This document shows positions 51,743-61,966 of a stretch of DNA of 64,000 nt, piece after piece. The stretch comes from Bythopirellula sp. GTDB lineage: Bacteria > Planctomycetota > Planctomycetia > Pirellulales > Lacipirellulaceae. The translations under genes were made by a program, and so were the position numbers. Position 1 is the first letter of the stretch; each line of letters starts with the position of its first letter. The stretch covers positions 1,568,001 through 1,632,000 of the forward strand of contig OZ244170.1 in assembly GCA_965216565.1 (NCBI GenBank), read 5' to 3'. Below the pieces are notes generated by a model that worked only from the letters and a program-made list of their open reading frames with translations, made no database searches and was not told the DNA's origin.

Positions 51743-52399
51743 TTATGTATTGATGGCCGGCGCCGAACTGGCCACAAAGTTGCAACTAACGGCCCCATCC
51801 AATCGACAACAATCCAAGCGGACCGATTCGCCCAACAGCTCAGAGAACAACATCTTCTCCATCGAGCAAATCGAACGATCCTGCTCAGCCAAATCGGGGT
51901 AAGGGCAGGCATATGCCTTGAGTATTGGTAATTGTTCGGGATCGTCTGCTTGTTCTACCTCAAACGAAATGTCCTGCTCCTGCATCAAGTTTTGCAGGGA
52001 GACAAATCGTTCAGCAATCGAGTCACCGCTAATTTGTTCTCTGTAAATATGACCCATCCGCTCGACAACGCGACGCAGCAAACCATGTTTGACATCGGGG
52101 TTATCAATTGCCCTCAACTCGGCCCAGAGGACCGAAGCCAGATCGCGGTAGTTATCTCCAGCGCTTCGTACGCCAGCGGAAGTCAGCGAGTAACGATGCG
52201 TAGGACGACCTCGACCGGCAGATTCCGCCTGCCGGACGATTAATCCCTGATCCATCAGCCGACTCAACCGCTGCCGAATCGCCGTAGCGGTGACCCCGGT
52301 GAAATCGACCAGTTCTTGAATCGAGCTATCGCCTGCTCGGCGAATAAACTCGACCAAGGTACGGTCAGAAATCGCTATGTTTTCTGGCTTTTCAGACAT
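51743..52399 (-). CDS. SufR-like winged-helix Fe-S-sensing regulator
   Basis: N-terminal wHTH (GVTATAIRQRL...GRGRP); C-terminal CPY...C..E...C Cys pattern; first gene of the suf cluster. Confidence 0.82.
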   Translation of the reverse strand: MSEKPENIAISDRTLVEFIRRAGDSSIQELVDFTGVTATAIRQRLSRLMDQGLIVRQAESAGRGRPTHRYSLTSAGVRSAGDNYRDLASVLWAELRAIDNPDVKHGLLRRVVERMGHIYREQISGDSIAERFVSLQNLMQEQDISFEVEQADDPEQLPILKAYACPYPDLAEQDRSICSMEKMLFSELLGESVRLDCCRLDGAVSCNFVASSAPAINT

Positions 52400-52714
52400 T
52401 CTTATCGCCGAATTGAGCACTCTACGGTAGGTTTTCGGTCACCTAACAACTGATATCATAACGACTTCCCTATTATTGACAATGATTAATGCGAAAATAT
52501 CAGTCTGGTGGTTCGAACGACGTAAACTGTTGATTCAAAAAAGGTTATCAGATAAAAGATCGCACTGGAGACAAGACTCCCAGCACTTCCACCCAAAATT
52601 GGTAGCAAGAGCCTTCCAAGTGCGCTTAACTACTGGAGAGGGGAAGGGGATGCCCCTCGATAGGGGTGCTCAGCGGATTCTGCTACTCCAACCACCCAAC
52701 CAGGAGCTGAAGAC

Positions 52715-54619
52715 GTGTCTAACCAAAATCAGCAAGGCAACGAACAATGGGCCACTCGGATTGGCGTCATCCTGGCGGTTGCCGGCTCGGCCGTGGGGCT
52801 GGGGAATTTTCTCCGCTTTCCTGGACAGGCTGCCCAAAACGGCGGTGGGGCTTTCATGTTGCCCTACTTTATCTCGCTGCTGATTCTCGGCATTCCACTC
52901 TGCTGGGCTGAGTGGACGATGGGCCGCTACGGTGGGCTTCGCGGCTTCAATTCTGCACCGGGCGTTTTCAGCACGATTTGGCGGCACCCGTTCTCAAAAT
53001 ATCTCGGCAGTGTTGCGCTGCTGATTCCACTAATCATCTATATGTACTACGTATTGATCGAAGCCTGGTGCCTCGGCTATGCCATTAGCTATATCAATGG
53101 CGATCTGGTGGTGGGTGGCGGCGGCTTTGTTGACGAAGTCTCGCAGCAACTCCAAAACTCGCCCGACGAACCTCCCGGACCCAACGCCGCCAATGCGGCA
53201 GCCTTTGACCAATTTTTTGGCAACTACGTAGGCATCGAGAAAGATGGCACCCTGCTATCGTCCGGCCACTACTGGAAACTTGCGCTATTGGCCGGCGTCT
53301 TTATGTTCAACTTCACATTGATCTATCGCGGCGTTAGTAAAGGCATCGAACTCTTATGCCGCGTGGCCATGCCAATCATGGTGGTCCTAGCGATCATCGT
53401 CCTCGTGCGCGTGCTCACCCTTGGCACCCCCGACCCCTCCAAGCCCGACCAATCTCTGCTCAATGGTCTAGGGTTTATGTGGAATCCCGATTTCAAAAAA
53501 TTGAGGGATCCCGAAACTTGGCTAGCCGCATCGGGACAGATATTCTTTAGTCTCTCCGTCGGCTTCGGCATCATTGTTAACTACGCCAGCTATCTTCGCA
53601 AAAACGACGACATCGTTCTCAGCGGGTTAACAAGCGCCAGTATGAACGAGTTTTTTGAAGTCTGCTTGGGTGGACTCATCACGTTGCCGGCGGCATTCAT
53701 ATTTCTCGGCGCCAGTGCCGGCGAGCAAGGAACCTTCGGCTTGGGCTTTGTTTCGCTGCCCAACGTCTTTGGCATGATGCAAGGCGGCCAGATATTTGGC
53801 TTCCTGTGGTTCTTCATGCTCTTCATCGCGGCCGTTACCAGTAGCGTTTCGATGCTCCAACCAGTCATCGCTTTCTTGGAAGAAGGCTTTGGACTCAAGC
53901 GACATGCCTCAGCCGCTCTATTGGGACTAATCTCGGCCCTAGGTTGCGGTTTTGTGATGTACTTCTCCGAGGGACTTGTGGCTCTCGATACTTTCGACTT
54001 CTGGGTTGGCAGCGTTATGATTTTCTTGCTCGCCCTGTTCCAAGCGATCCTCTATGGCTGGATTTTCGGGATCGGCAAAGGCCACGAAGAGGCACACATT
54101 GGTGCCCACATTCGCATCCCCTGGGTCGTGCAACTGATGCTCAAGTATGTTGTCCCCGTGTATCTACTAGTAATCTTTGTAATGTTCTGCTGGACGGGAA
54201 TCCCAAGCTCAGACAAAGTTCGGGAGGTCTTGCCCCCGGGAATCGTCGAAATTTTGAAGGACAACGATCTCGACGAAACAGAACGGACCACCCAACTCAT
54301 CCAACGGGCCGGCCTCGATGCCGACTCGACAGTAGAACGCAGTGGCACCGATTTGGATTGGACCATTCGCGACGAGGAGGGATCCGTCCACCAAAGAATC
54401 TTTGCCAACGCTGACGGCAAACTAGCGATCTACGATCACAAGGCCGGCTATCTGGAAACTATCGGCAACAATCAGGCCGCACTCTCTTCGGTGTTGTTTA
54501 TCGCGACGATCCTCGGGTTCCTTTTGTTGCTAATCAATATCGCCGGTCGTCGTTGGGAAGCCGAAGGCCGCTATAACGACGTAGACAGCGGAGCCAACGC
54601 AACCACCGCTGACGAATAA
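52715..54619 (+). CDS. Sodium-dependent transporter, NSS/SNF family
   Basis: [33 protein letters not shown] start with a GGAG RBS. Confidence 0.92.
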   Translation: MSNQNQQGNEQWATRIGVILAVAGSAVGLGNFLRFPGQAAQNGGGAFMLPYFISLLILGIPLCWAEWTMGRYGGLRGFNSAPGVFSTIWRHPFSKYLGSVALLIPLIIYMYYVLIEAWCLGYAISYINGDLVVGGGGFVDEVSQQLQNSPDEPPGPNAANAAAFDQFFGNYVGIEKDGTLLSSGHYWKLALLAGVFMFNFTLIYRGVSKGIELLCRVAMPIMVVLAIIVLVRVLTLGTPDPSKPDQSLLNGLGFMWNPDFKKLRDPETWLAASGQIFFSLSVGFGIIVNYASYLRKNDDIVLSGLTSASMNEFFEVCLGGLITLPAAFIFLGASAGEQGTFGLGFVSLPNVFGMMQGGQIFGFLWFFMLFIAAVTSSVSMLQPVIAFLEEGFGLKRHASAALLGLISALGCGFVMYFSEGLVALDTFDFWVGSVMIFLLALFQAILYGWIFGIGKGHEEAHIGAHIRIPWVVQLMLKYVVPVYLLVIFVMFCWTGIPSSDKVREVLPPGIVEILKDNDLDETERTTQLIQRAGLDADSTVERSGTDLDWTIRDEEGSVHQRIFANADGKLAIYDHKAGYLETIGNNQAALSSVLFIATILGFLLLLINIAGRRWEAEGRYNDVDSGANATTADE

Positions 54620-54660
54620 CTCGTCCTCAAACCACACTATTCCCCACTCACGGTACAGCC

Positions 54661-54870
54661 ATGGAATATCTATTCGCCGCCATTGAGAATCCTGTTCGAC
54701 CCATCGAGATCAACGGTGCCGGCTGGGCGACCATGCTGCTTTCGGTCGCCTCGGTTCTGACACTCCTCAGTTTTTGTCTGTACCGAGTGTTCACGTTGCC
54801 CCCGGTTGACGAAGACTCGGTCAAAGGCGAACTCGGCATCGATACGGGCGACACCGAGGACGCCGATTGA
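54661..54870 (+). CDS. Small single-TM protein, possible NSS accessory subunit
   Basis: 69 aa with one hydrophobic helix and an acidic tail; directly downstream of the NSS gene. Confidence 0.6.
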   Translation: MEYLFAAIENPVRPIEINGAGWATMLLSVASVLTLLSFCLYRVFTLPPVDEDSVKGELGIDTGDTEDAD

Positions 54871-54923
54871 CTGCCGAACTTTGCTGAACTTCTCCTCGAC
54901 TTCCCAGGATTTATGCAAATCCC

Positions 54924-55349
54924 ATGGCCGGTAAACCCGCTTGGCTTTTCAACCAGTCTGCCGTGATCCCTTACTTGCTGGAAGATGGCAACTTAAAGGT
55001 GGTTCTAATCACCTCCAACTCCTCGCGACACTGGGTGATTCCCAAAGGCGTCATCGAGCGAGACATGACTCCCAGCGAGTCCGCTGCCAAAGAAGCTTTG
55101 GAAGAAGCCGGCATTACTGGCGAGACATCCGAGAAAGTGATCACGGAATACCACTACGACAAATGGGGAGGCACCTGCCACGTGCAAGTCTTCCCGATGC
55201 GAGTTACAGAAGTTCTCGATGAATGGGATGAAATGCATGCTCGCAAACGGGAAATCGTCGCAGCCGAGTTGGCGATAACACAAGTGAAGCCCGTACTACG
55301 GAAAGTCCTAGAAGAGTTTGTCGAACGATTTCGCTCCAATGATATCTAG
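54924..55349 (+). CDS. NUDIX hydrolase
   Basis: PKGVIE...AAKEALEEAG Nudix box. Confidence 0.9.
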   Translation: MAGKPAWLFNQSAVIPYLLEDGNLKVVLITSNSSRHWVIPKGVIERDMTPSESAAKEALEEAGITGETSEKVITEYHYDKWGGTCHVQVFPMRVTEVLDEWDEMHARKREIVAAELAITQVKPVLRKVLEEFVERFRSNDI

Positions 55350-55393
55350 AACCAACGTTCGACCGTAAGCCTGAATTGCTGAGGAGTCTGGCC

Positions 55394-56101
55394 ATGAAAG
55401 TCGCTGACGTCTTGAAGAAACTCAAAGCGCTGGGCTCCGAGTCGTATCGAAAGATTCTCCTCAAACATGGCGCGAAGAATCCCATCTTCGGCGTGAAGAT
55501 TTCAGAGCTCAAGAAACTTCACAAACAGATCAAGACCAACCACGAGCTGGCTTGTGAGTTGTACGAAACGGGCATTTACGACGCCCAGTATTTGGCCGGC
55601 TACCTGGTCGTCGACGAGCAGATGACCAAGCGTGATTTGCAGCGCTGGGTTTCTCAATCGAATTCTCCGACACTCTGCGGAATCACCGTCGCCTGGGTTG
55701 CCGCGGAAGGTCCGCACGGCGAGGCGATGGCGCTCAAGTGGATTGATGCCAAAAACGAGAACGCAGCCCACACCGGCTGGAACACGCTCAGCCACCTGGT
55801 AGCCCTCACGGACGATGCCGACCTTGATCTCGCACTGCTGAAGAAGCTCCTCAAGCGGGTGGAGAAGACGATCCACAACGAGTCCGACTTGGTTCGCTAT
55901 GCGATGAACGGCTTCGTCATCGCCGCGGGAAGCTATGTTCCCGAACTCACGAAACCGGCAATAGAAACCGCCAAAAAAATCGGCACCGTAACCGTCGACA
56001 TGGGCGACACCGCCTGCACCGTCCCCGCCGCCGCCGAGTACATCGCCAAAGTGCAAAAACGCGGGTCGATTGGCAAAAAGCGAAAGACGGTGAAGTGCTG
56101 A
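55394..56101 (+). CDS. DNA alkylation repair protein (AlkD-like HEAT repeat)
   Basis: FGVKISELK, NHELA..L..TG.YDA.YLA, VDMG.TAC.VP; GAGGAG RBS. Confidence 0.82.
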   Translation: MKVADVLKKLKALGSESYRKILLKHGAKNPIFGVKISELKKLHKQIKTNHELACELYETGIYDAQYLAGYLVVDEQMTKRDLQRWVSQSNSPTLCGITVAWVAAEGPHGEAMALKWIDAKNENAAHTGWNTLSHLVALTDDADLDLALLKKLLKRVEKTIHNESDLVRYAMNGFVIAAGSYVPELTKPAIETAKKIGTVTVDMGDTACTVPAAAEYIAKVQKRGSIGKKRKTVKC

Positions 56102-56158
56102 TGTGATTACGATAAGTTATCGTTTGCTAGGAGAGAAACTTGCGGACAATTAAAGTTA

Positions 56159-56259
56159 AAGGGGACATTCTACTTTCTTGATCTCCACCTCGGCACCAGT
56201 ACCGACCGCTCAGCACATATCTGTTCACCCGCTAGCATAGAGAAGTAGCATGTCCCCTT
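56159..56259. mobile_element. MITE-like element with terminal inverted repeats
   Basis: AAGGGGACATTCTACTT ... AAGTAGCATGTCCCCTT (one mismatch in 17 bp); about 100 bp; non-coding. Confidence 0.6.
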
Positions 56260-56354
56260 AAATCCCCTGTTCCCCATCTCGCATCCTCCATTTTCATATA
56301 CAATCTGGTGTCGGATCAAAAGTCTTGACTATTCCTGAGCCGTAGAGTTGATAA

Positions 56355-57467
56355 ATGAATTCAAGGTGTTGGTATTTGGCTGCTGTTGTTGGACTCCTCT
56401 TAGCAATTCAGATGGACGCGTACGCAGCTTCGGCCTTTCGTTGTGTAGCTGAATTCCAAGGTTTCGAAAACCATATCTATTCGGTCTTCAGTAGTTCTGA
56501 TTCTAGTCAGGTTATGGCCAGCGGAGCGGGAGGAGTTTGGGTATGGGATAGATCCAGCGAAAAGCTATTTCATCACCTTGCGCCGAATGGGGCAACCTCT
56601 GCTGCATTGGCTCCTGATGATAACGTTTTCCTGGTGGGCATGGGTTATGGCAAGCTGGAGAAATGGAGCAACAGGACTGGAGACAGAATTCTTGAAGTTG
56701 ATATTTTGGACGGCAACGTCACTGCAATTGCTTTCGCTTCGGATCAAAGTTACTTCCTCGTCGGAAGTGGCTTTAAAATACGCGAGGGAATGGTCCTAGG
56801 TAGTGCCTATAAAATTCATTTATACGACGGACAAAATCTAAAACGCAAATCAAACTTTACAGGCCATATAGCTCCTGTCAGATCAATCCATGTAGTCGCC
56901 AATCGGACGAGATTCATCTCTGCAAGCGATGATGGTACACTTCGGATGTGGAATGTTAATCCGGCCGAAGAAATCAAAATTGCTGGTACAGCCATCCCTC
57001 CTGACACCACTGAATGGCAAGGAAAAGACATCATTCAGCCAAGAGACTTTCGTAATCGTGCTAGTCTATCAGTGTCTCAAGACGATAAGCTACTAATCTG
57101 GAATTCAAAAGTATGGGATATAGAAAATTGGCAAGAGATAAAGCAGTTAGTCCCCGCCAGTAAGAGTGAAAGAGTTATTTGCAGCGCGTTCTCATTTGAT
57201 AAGGAGCGATTTGCGACTGGACACACTGACGGAACAGTAAGACTTTGGAATACAGCAACACTTGAAGAAGTTGGGCGATTCTATGGGCATCTTAACAAAG
57301 CAGCTACGCTAGCAGTCGCTTTTTCACCTGATGGAAGGTTTCTATTAACTGGAGGTGAAGGATGTATCAGCGGGTTCGAGTCTATCAATTCTGGTCGTCA
57401 AACCTGCGATCTGACCGTTCGACTATGGAAGATCCCTGAAGCGAGAGAATCACCGCAAGCAGAATAG
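56355..57467 (+). CDS. Exported WD40-repeat protein
   Basis: Signal peptide; GH...SASDDGTLRMWN, TGHTDGTVRLWN, AFSPDG...TVRLW; visibly AT-richer than its neighbours. Confidence 0.85.
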   Translation: MNSRCWYLAAVVGLLLAIQMDAYAASAFRCVAEFQGFENHIYSVFSSSDSSQVMASGAGGVWVWDRSSEKLFHHLAPNGATSAALAPDDNVFLVGMGYGKLEKWSNRTGDRILEVDILDGNVTAIAFASDQSYFLVGSGFKIREGMVLGSAYKIHLYDGQNLKRKSNFTGHIAPVRSIHVVANRTRFISASDDGTLRMWNVNPAEEIKIAGTAIPPDTTEWQGKDIIQPRDFRNRASLSVSQDDKLLIWNSKVWDIENWQEIKQLVPASKSERVICSAFSFDKERFATGHTDGTVRLWNTATLEEVGRFYGHLNKAATLAVAFSPDGRFLLTGGEGCISGFESINSGRQTCDLTVRLWKIPEARESPQAE

Positions 57468-57733
57468 GAGTTAATAAGTAATGACTAGTTTAAGGGCCAA
57501 GGTTAACTTGAGGGAAAAAGAAGACATTCAACATTTCGATTGTTTGTGTTCGGTCGATTAATCCATTGAGATGCTCCCATCGCAGTTGGAGATGTTCGCA
57601 AGCGCATTCCGCGAAGAGATATGTACTGCCCCCAAACCGAATAGTCTGATTCTCTAACGTCGTGATCCATTCAATTAGGGATACTAAACACATCTGCTAG
57701 GTTATTGCCTCGCGACCTGATACAATCACCTTC

Positions 57734-58273
57734 ATGAAGATTTCCGCGTTTATCGCCACTAGTCTCGACGGGTTTATCGCTCGCAATGATGGCGATGTCG
57801 AGTGGCTCGGCGAAGTGGAGGCGGGTGGCGAAGACTTTGGCTACTACGCGTTCATCGAAGATGTCGATTATCTGGTGATGGGACGCAACACGTTCGACAA
57901 AGTCCTGACTTTTGGCGAGTGGCCTTATGACGGGCGGCGGGTCGTTGTCTTGACCAGTCAACCGCTCTCTATCCCCGAAGCTCTGCAAGACTCCGTGGAG
58001 TCGATGGCTGCCACACCGGACGAAGTCGTCGCTGCATTGGACAAGCGCGGCGCGCAGCATTTATATGTGGATGGCGGTAAGACGATTCAGGGATTTCTAG
58101 ATGCGGGTCTGATTCAGCGGATGATCGTGACGCGCATTCCCGTTGTGTTGGGCGAGGGCATCCCACTGTTCGGCCCTGTGCAGCAGGACATTCGGTTTGA
58201 GCATGTCGTAACCCGTTCCTATGACTGCGGCAACGTCCAGTCGGAATACCTGGTTTCAAAAAGCGTCGATTGA
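57734..58273 (+). CDS. Dihydrofolate reductase / RibD C-terminal family protein
   Basis: IATSLDGFIA, MGRNTF, YVDGG, PVVLGEGIPLF. Confidence 0.9.
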   Translation: MKISAFIATSLDGFIARNDGDVEWLGEVEAGGEDFGYYAFIEDVDYLVMGRNTFDKVLTFGEWPYDGRRVVVLTSQPLSIPEALQDSVESMAATPDEVVAALDKRGAQHLYVDGGKTIQGFLDAGLIQRMIVTRIPVVLGEGIPLFGPVQQDIRFEHVVTRSYDCGNVQSEYLVSKSVD

Positions 58274-58674
58274 CTGCCGGCGCTTTGCAATTTGCTTTGC
58301 AATTTTCTTCTCGAATTTCGGCCAGTCACTCTGATAGAATGACACGCAAGGTTGGCTCCCAACTAATTAAAAACTGGCGTCACACCTAAGCCGCATTGCC
58401 ACGCAATGCAAGGCAGCACTGGATCGAGGCCAGCACCAGGATTCAATCCACAACGCCGTACCGACTCTAAGTAGCGCAACTCCGCGCCATGACGTTGAGC
58501 CACTTCAAGCCGCTCAATTTCGACCGACAATGTCCCCGCGCCAGCCGCCATTTGCTCTGTCCACACCCTCCGTCTAGCGATAAACTGAAAATCGATTTCC
58601 GAAAAAGCACAACATCCTGTGTCACGACATTTCTGTCACACAAGATTTAGATCTGCCCAGGTTAGAATGCCGCC

Positions 58675-59715
58675 ATGGCTTCCGTCGTCTCCGAATCATC
58701 CGCCGCCGCCAAACCGATCGCCGAGCCGTTTTATATCGGCCCGCTGAAGATCGATCCGCCGATTCTGCAAGCGCCCATGGCGGGGTTCACCAACTTTGCC
58801 TTCCGGCAGATCGTCCGTGGTTTTGGCGGAACCGGACTTTTGGCGACCGAGATGGTGAATGCCCGTGGATTTGTCTGGCTCGACGAGAACGAAGCGGAGC
58901 ACCCCGACCGGCTCTGGGGCGTAAAAGACGAGCCCCGCCCGCTGGCCGTGCAGATTTGGGACAATGAGCCCGCCACCTTGGCCAAAGTCGGTGCCCGATT
59001 GGCAAGCGAGTATCAGGTGAGCGTGGTCGATATTAATTTCGGCTGTCCTGTGAAGCAGGTGACCGAAAAAGCCCACAGTGGTTCCTATCTGCTAAAACAC
59101 CCCGACCGCATGGGCCAGATCATCGAGCAGGTGGTCGCCGCCTGCGATCCCACGCCGGTGACCGCGAAAATTCGGCTCGGATGCACACGCGATCAGATCA
59201 ATGCGAACGATATCGCCCAGGTGGTGGAAGGTGCTGGTGCAGCCGCCCTCACCGTCCACGGCCGCACCGCTGCCGACATGTTCCGCGGTAGCGCCGACTG
59301 GGATCGAATCGCGGCGATTAAACCTTACCTTTCGAGAATCCCGCTGATCGGTAATGGAGATTTAGATTCAGCGGAACGCGTGGTCGACGCATTCCGCCGC
59401 TACGGGGTCGATGGTGTCATGATCGCCCGGGCATCGCTCAACAAGCCCTGGTTATTTGCCCAGGCGGCCGCCGCCCTGCAAGGAGAATCTCCCCCGCCCG
59501 ACCCAACTCCAGCCGAACAGTGCGAGCTAATGCTCCGTCATTTCGACTTGGTTTGCCAACGGTTTGGTTCAGAGCGGGGATCCGTTTTGATGCGAAAATA
59601 TGCTTGTTGCTATGCCCAAGGCCGCCCAGGCGCTCGGGAATTCCGCAAACAGGTGGCGCGAATTTGTAGCGCTGAGGAGTTTTATCGGGTCGTTGATGAG
59701 ACTTTTCCGAAGTGA
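58675..59715 (+). CDS. dusB: tRNA-dihydrouridine synthase (DusB-like)
   Basis: QAPMAG, DINFGCP, VTAKIRLG, TVHGRT, IGNGD. Confidence 0.88.
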   Translation: MASVVSESSAAAKPIAEPFYIGPLKIDPPILQAPMAGFTNFAFRQIVRGFGGTGLLATEMVNARGFVWLDENEAEHPDRLWGVKDEPRPLAVQIWDNEPATLAKVGARLASEYQVSVVDINFGCPVKQVTEKAHSGSYLLKHPDRMGQIIEQVVAACDPTPVTAKIRLGCTRDQINANDIAQVVEGAGAAALTVHGRTAADMFRGSADWDRIAAIKPYLSRIPLIGNGDLDSAERVVDAFRRYGVDGVMIARASLNKPWLFAQAAAALQGESPPPDPTPAEQCELMLRHFDLVCQRFGSERGSVLMRKYACCYAQGRPGAREFRKQVARICSAEEFYRVVDETFPK

Positions 59716-59815
59716 TTTCACGCGGAAATCGGCTGCCAACCGCACGGAACAGCCAGCTAGCTGCTACAATTAGAGGTTGCCCTCGAAGACAATCTCTCAC
59801 CTTAGCGTCCTTTCA

Positions 59816-61072
59816 ATGGCAACCTTAGCCACCATCGCCCTCTGTCTGCTGCTGTTTGTCGCTGCCGAACAAATTGCCGCTGTCGTACTATTTGTTCGAT
59901 ATTGCCGGAGGACTCCAAAAGGTGATGGCCATTATCAGCCGAAGGCATTGGTCGTGCTGCCCGTACGCGGAGCGGATGAAACGCTTGCCGACTGTGTAGA
60001 TGCACTCATTCAGCAGGACTATGCCGATTTCCGGTTGCGTGTGATTTTCGATTCACCATCCGACCCAGGATGGGAGATCGTCGAACAAGTGCTGGAATCG
60101 CATCCGAGCGCGGCTGTTGAATTGCTACAACTTGCTGAAATTCGCTCGACATGCAGTTTAAAGTGTAGCGCCGTCTATGAAGCAACAGAAGATTTGGGCG
60201 ACGCGGAAGTTGTTGCCTTAATTGACTCCGATATTGCACCAGATCGTAGCTGGCTCGCTGAATTGGTGGCACCTCTGGCTAGTGACGAAGTGGCTGTCGC
60301 GCATGGCAACCGCTGGTATTTGCCAACCGACAATAGTTGGGGATCGTTATTGCGTTACTTCTGGAACGCAGCTGCAGTTGCCACGATGTACTTCTGGGGC
60401 ATGCCTTGGGGAGGTTCGGTTGCGGTGAAACGCCAGCTGCTTGAGAAAACTGATATTCGACAGCGCTGGCTACGTGCGGGGTGCGAGGATGTGCCCCTGG
60501 GCAGTGTCGCCCGTAGCAAAGGTTTGAAGGTACGATTCGTTCCGAGCCTTATCATGCGTGATTGCGACAACACCTCGCTCCGCCAATGTTTTCCGTTTCT
60601 CGACCGCCAACTACTTTGGGCTAGGCTGTATCACCCGCTCTGTTGGTGGGCAAGCAATATTTGGCAAGTGCTGATTGCAGTGGCTATGTCGGCTGCATTG
60701 TTGAGTATTATCGTCGGCATTTGGAATGGCCAATACGCCGCGGTTGCGATCGGTGTGATGGCGGCAGCCCTGCCAAATCTGGTATCTATGGTGCTGGTTG
60801 GCTGGATCGAGCGGACGCTTCTCCCCACCGAGCAAGGCCCCGTTTCGCGCTCGCCCTTGCGAGGGCTCCTAGCCATCGCGTTCACCAATATTGCTATGAT
60901 TCGAGTTATTTTCGTCTCTTTGCTGGCCCGATCAATCGATTGGCGGGGAATCACCTATCGAATCGCTGGTCCCTGGCGGATTGAAATGGTGTTGTATCGC
61001 CCGTACGAGTCAAATCTCCAGCAGCAAAGCAAGCACGAAGCCGATCTGACAGAAGTTTCTGCTACTGTTTAA
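59816..61072 (+). CDS. GT2 glycosyltransferase, ceramide glucosyltransferase/HpnI-like
   Basis: N-terminal TM helix; LPVRGAD, IDSD, WGGS.A, ED, RQLLW; C-terminal WRGITY. Alternative TTG start at 59777. Confidence 0.8.
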   Translation: MATLATIALCLLLFVAAEQIAAVVLFVRYCRRTPKGDGHYQPKALVVLPVRGADETLADCVDALIQQDYADFRLRVIFDSPSDPGWEIVEQVLESHPSAAVELLQLAEIRSTCSLKCSAVYEATEDLGDAEVVALIDSDIAPDRSWLAELVAPLASDEVAVAHGNRWYLPTDNSWGSLLRYFWNAAAVATMYFWGMPWGGSVAVKRQLLEKTDIRQRWLRAGCEDVPLGSVARSKGLKVRFVPSLIMRDCDNTSLRQCFPFLDRQLLWARLYHPLCWWASNIWQVLIAVAMSAALLSIIVGIWNGQYAAVAIGVMAAALPNLVSMVLVGWIERTLLPTEQGPVSRSPLRGLLAIAFTNIAMIRVIFVSLLARSIDWRGITYRIAGPWRIEMVLYRPYESNLQQQSKHEADLTEVSATV

Positions 61073-61114
61073 CGCTCGGTCCAACAGCAAGCCCCGGTCT
61101 ATCATTAAGCGTCG

Positions 61115-61948
61115 ATGAAAACAGTTTTTGCCTTGGCAACCGGTCGATCGGGAACTCGATTTCTCTCTCACTTGCTTCGCAACAACGTGAAGAATGCCGT
61201 CTGCCGACACGAACCATATTTCGATTGGGGCAATCCCTCGATGTTCGGTCGGCCCATCTACGATCACACACATAGTAATTTGAAGCCAATCCAGAGACTC
61301 CTGGAACGTAAAAAGCGGTATATCTCCCGTCGCCGCACAGAAGCATATATCGAAACAAGCCATGCCTTTCTGAAGTCGTACTACGATTTGGCAGCCGACT
61401 ACTTCGACGACAGCCGCTTTGTCCACCTAATTCGCAACCCTCTAAAGACGGCCCGTAGCGAAGCTAACCGGGAACAGTGGATCGAGAGTATCCATTTCCC
61501 GTTACGACACTACCGCGTCGCCAACGGCCAGAAACTGTTCAATTGGTCGCTGACGGGGGACGAAGAGATTTACCAAAATATAGGAATTGAAGACCCTTCA
61601 CTGTTCCAGTTCTACGTCATTCAGTGGATCGAAATTGAAAACCGAGCCATGACCTTCCTCAAAGACTTCGACGCAACCGATCGCTGCGTCACCTTGCAAT
61701 CGCCACATGAACTAAACGATGCTGCCTCCATTCAGGACGCCATTTCGCGATTGGGGTTGGAACTTTCGGGCGAATCCATAGCGGTAGCTGGCAAACAAAA
61801 TCGCACACCCGGAGCTCGGACGGAAATCACAAGCCGCGAAGAGGATGAATTCCACGAGGTCGTCTCTCGCATACCGCAGGAATACCTAGAGATTTTTACC
61901 CTAGAACCCTATGCAGCCCAGGAATGGGTCCGTTGGCTAAAGAAATAG
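61115..61948 (+). CDS. Sulfotransferase-like P-loop protein
   Basis: TGRSGT (5'-PSB-like), HEP, HLIRNP...S (3'-PB-like). Confidence 0.65.
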   Translation: MKTVFALATGRSGTRFLSHLLRNNVKNAVCRHEPYFDWGNPSMFGRPIYDHTHSNLKPIQRLLERKKRYISRRRTEAYIETSHAFLKSYYDLAADYFDDSRFVHLIRNPLKTARSEANREQWIESIHFPLRHYRVANGQKLFNWSLTGDEEIYQNIGIEDPSLFQFYVIQWIEIENRAMTFLKDFDATDRCVTLQSPHELNDAASIQDAISRLGLELSGESIAVAGKQNRTPGARTEITSREEDEFHEVVSRIPQEYLEIFTLEPYAAQEWVRWLKK

Positions 61949-61966
61949 CAGTTGAGAGGCCGGTCT

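Noticed and set aside
52440..52505. AT-rich imperfect palindrome (ATTATTGACAATGAT) upstream of the SufR-like gene, as an operator
   Set aside because: The position is plausible, but it does not clearly match a Fur, IscR or SufR consensus I can state.
57490..58566. Short ORFs 57490-57693 and 58363-58566 (minus strand)
   Set aside because: No RBS, motifs or protein-like features; probably spurious.
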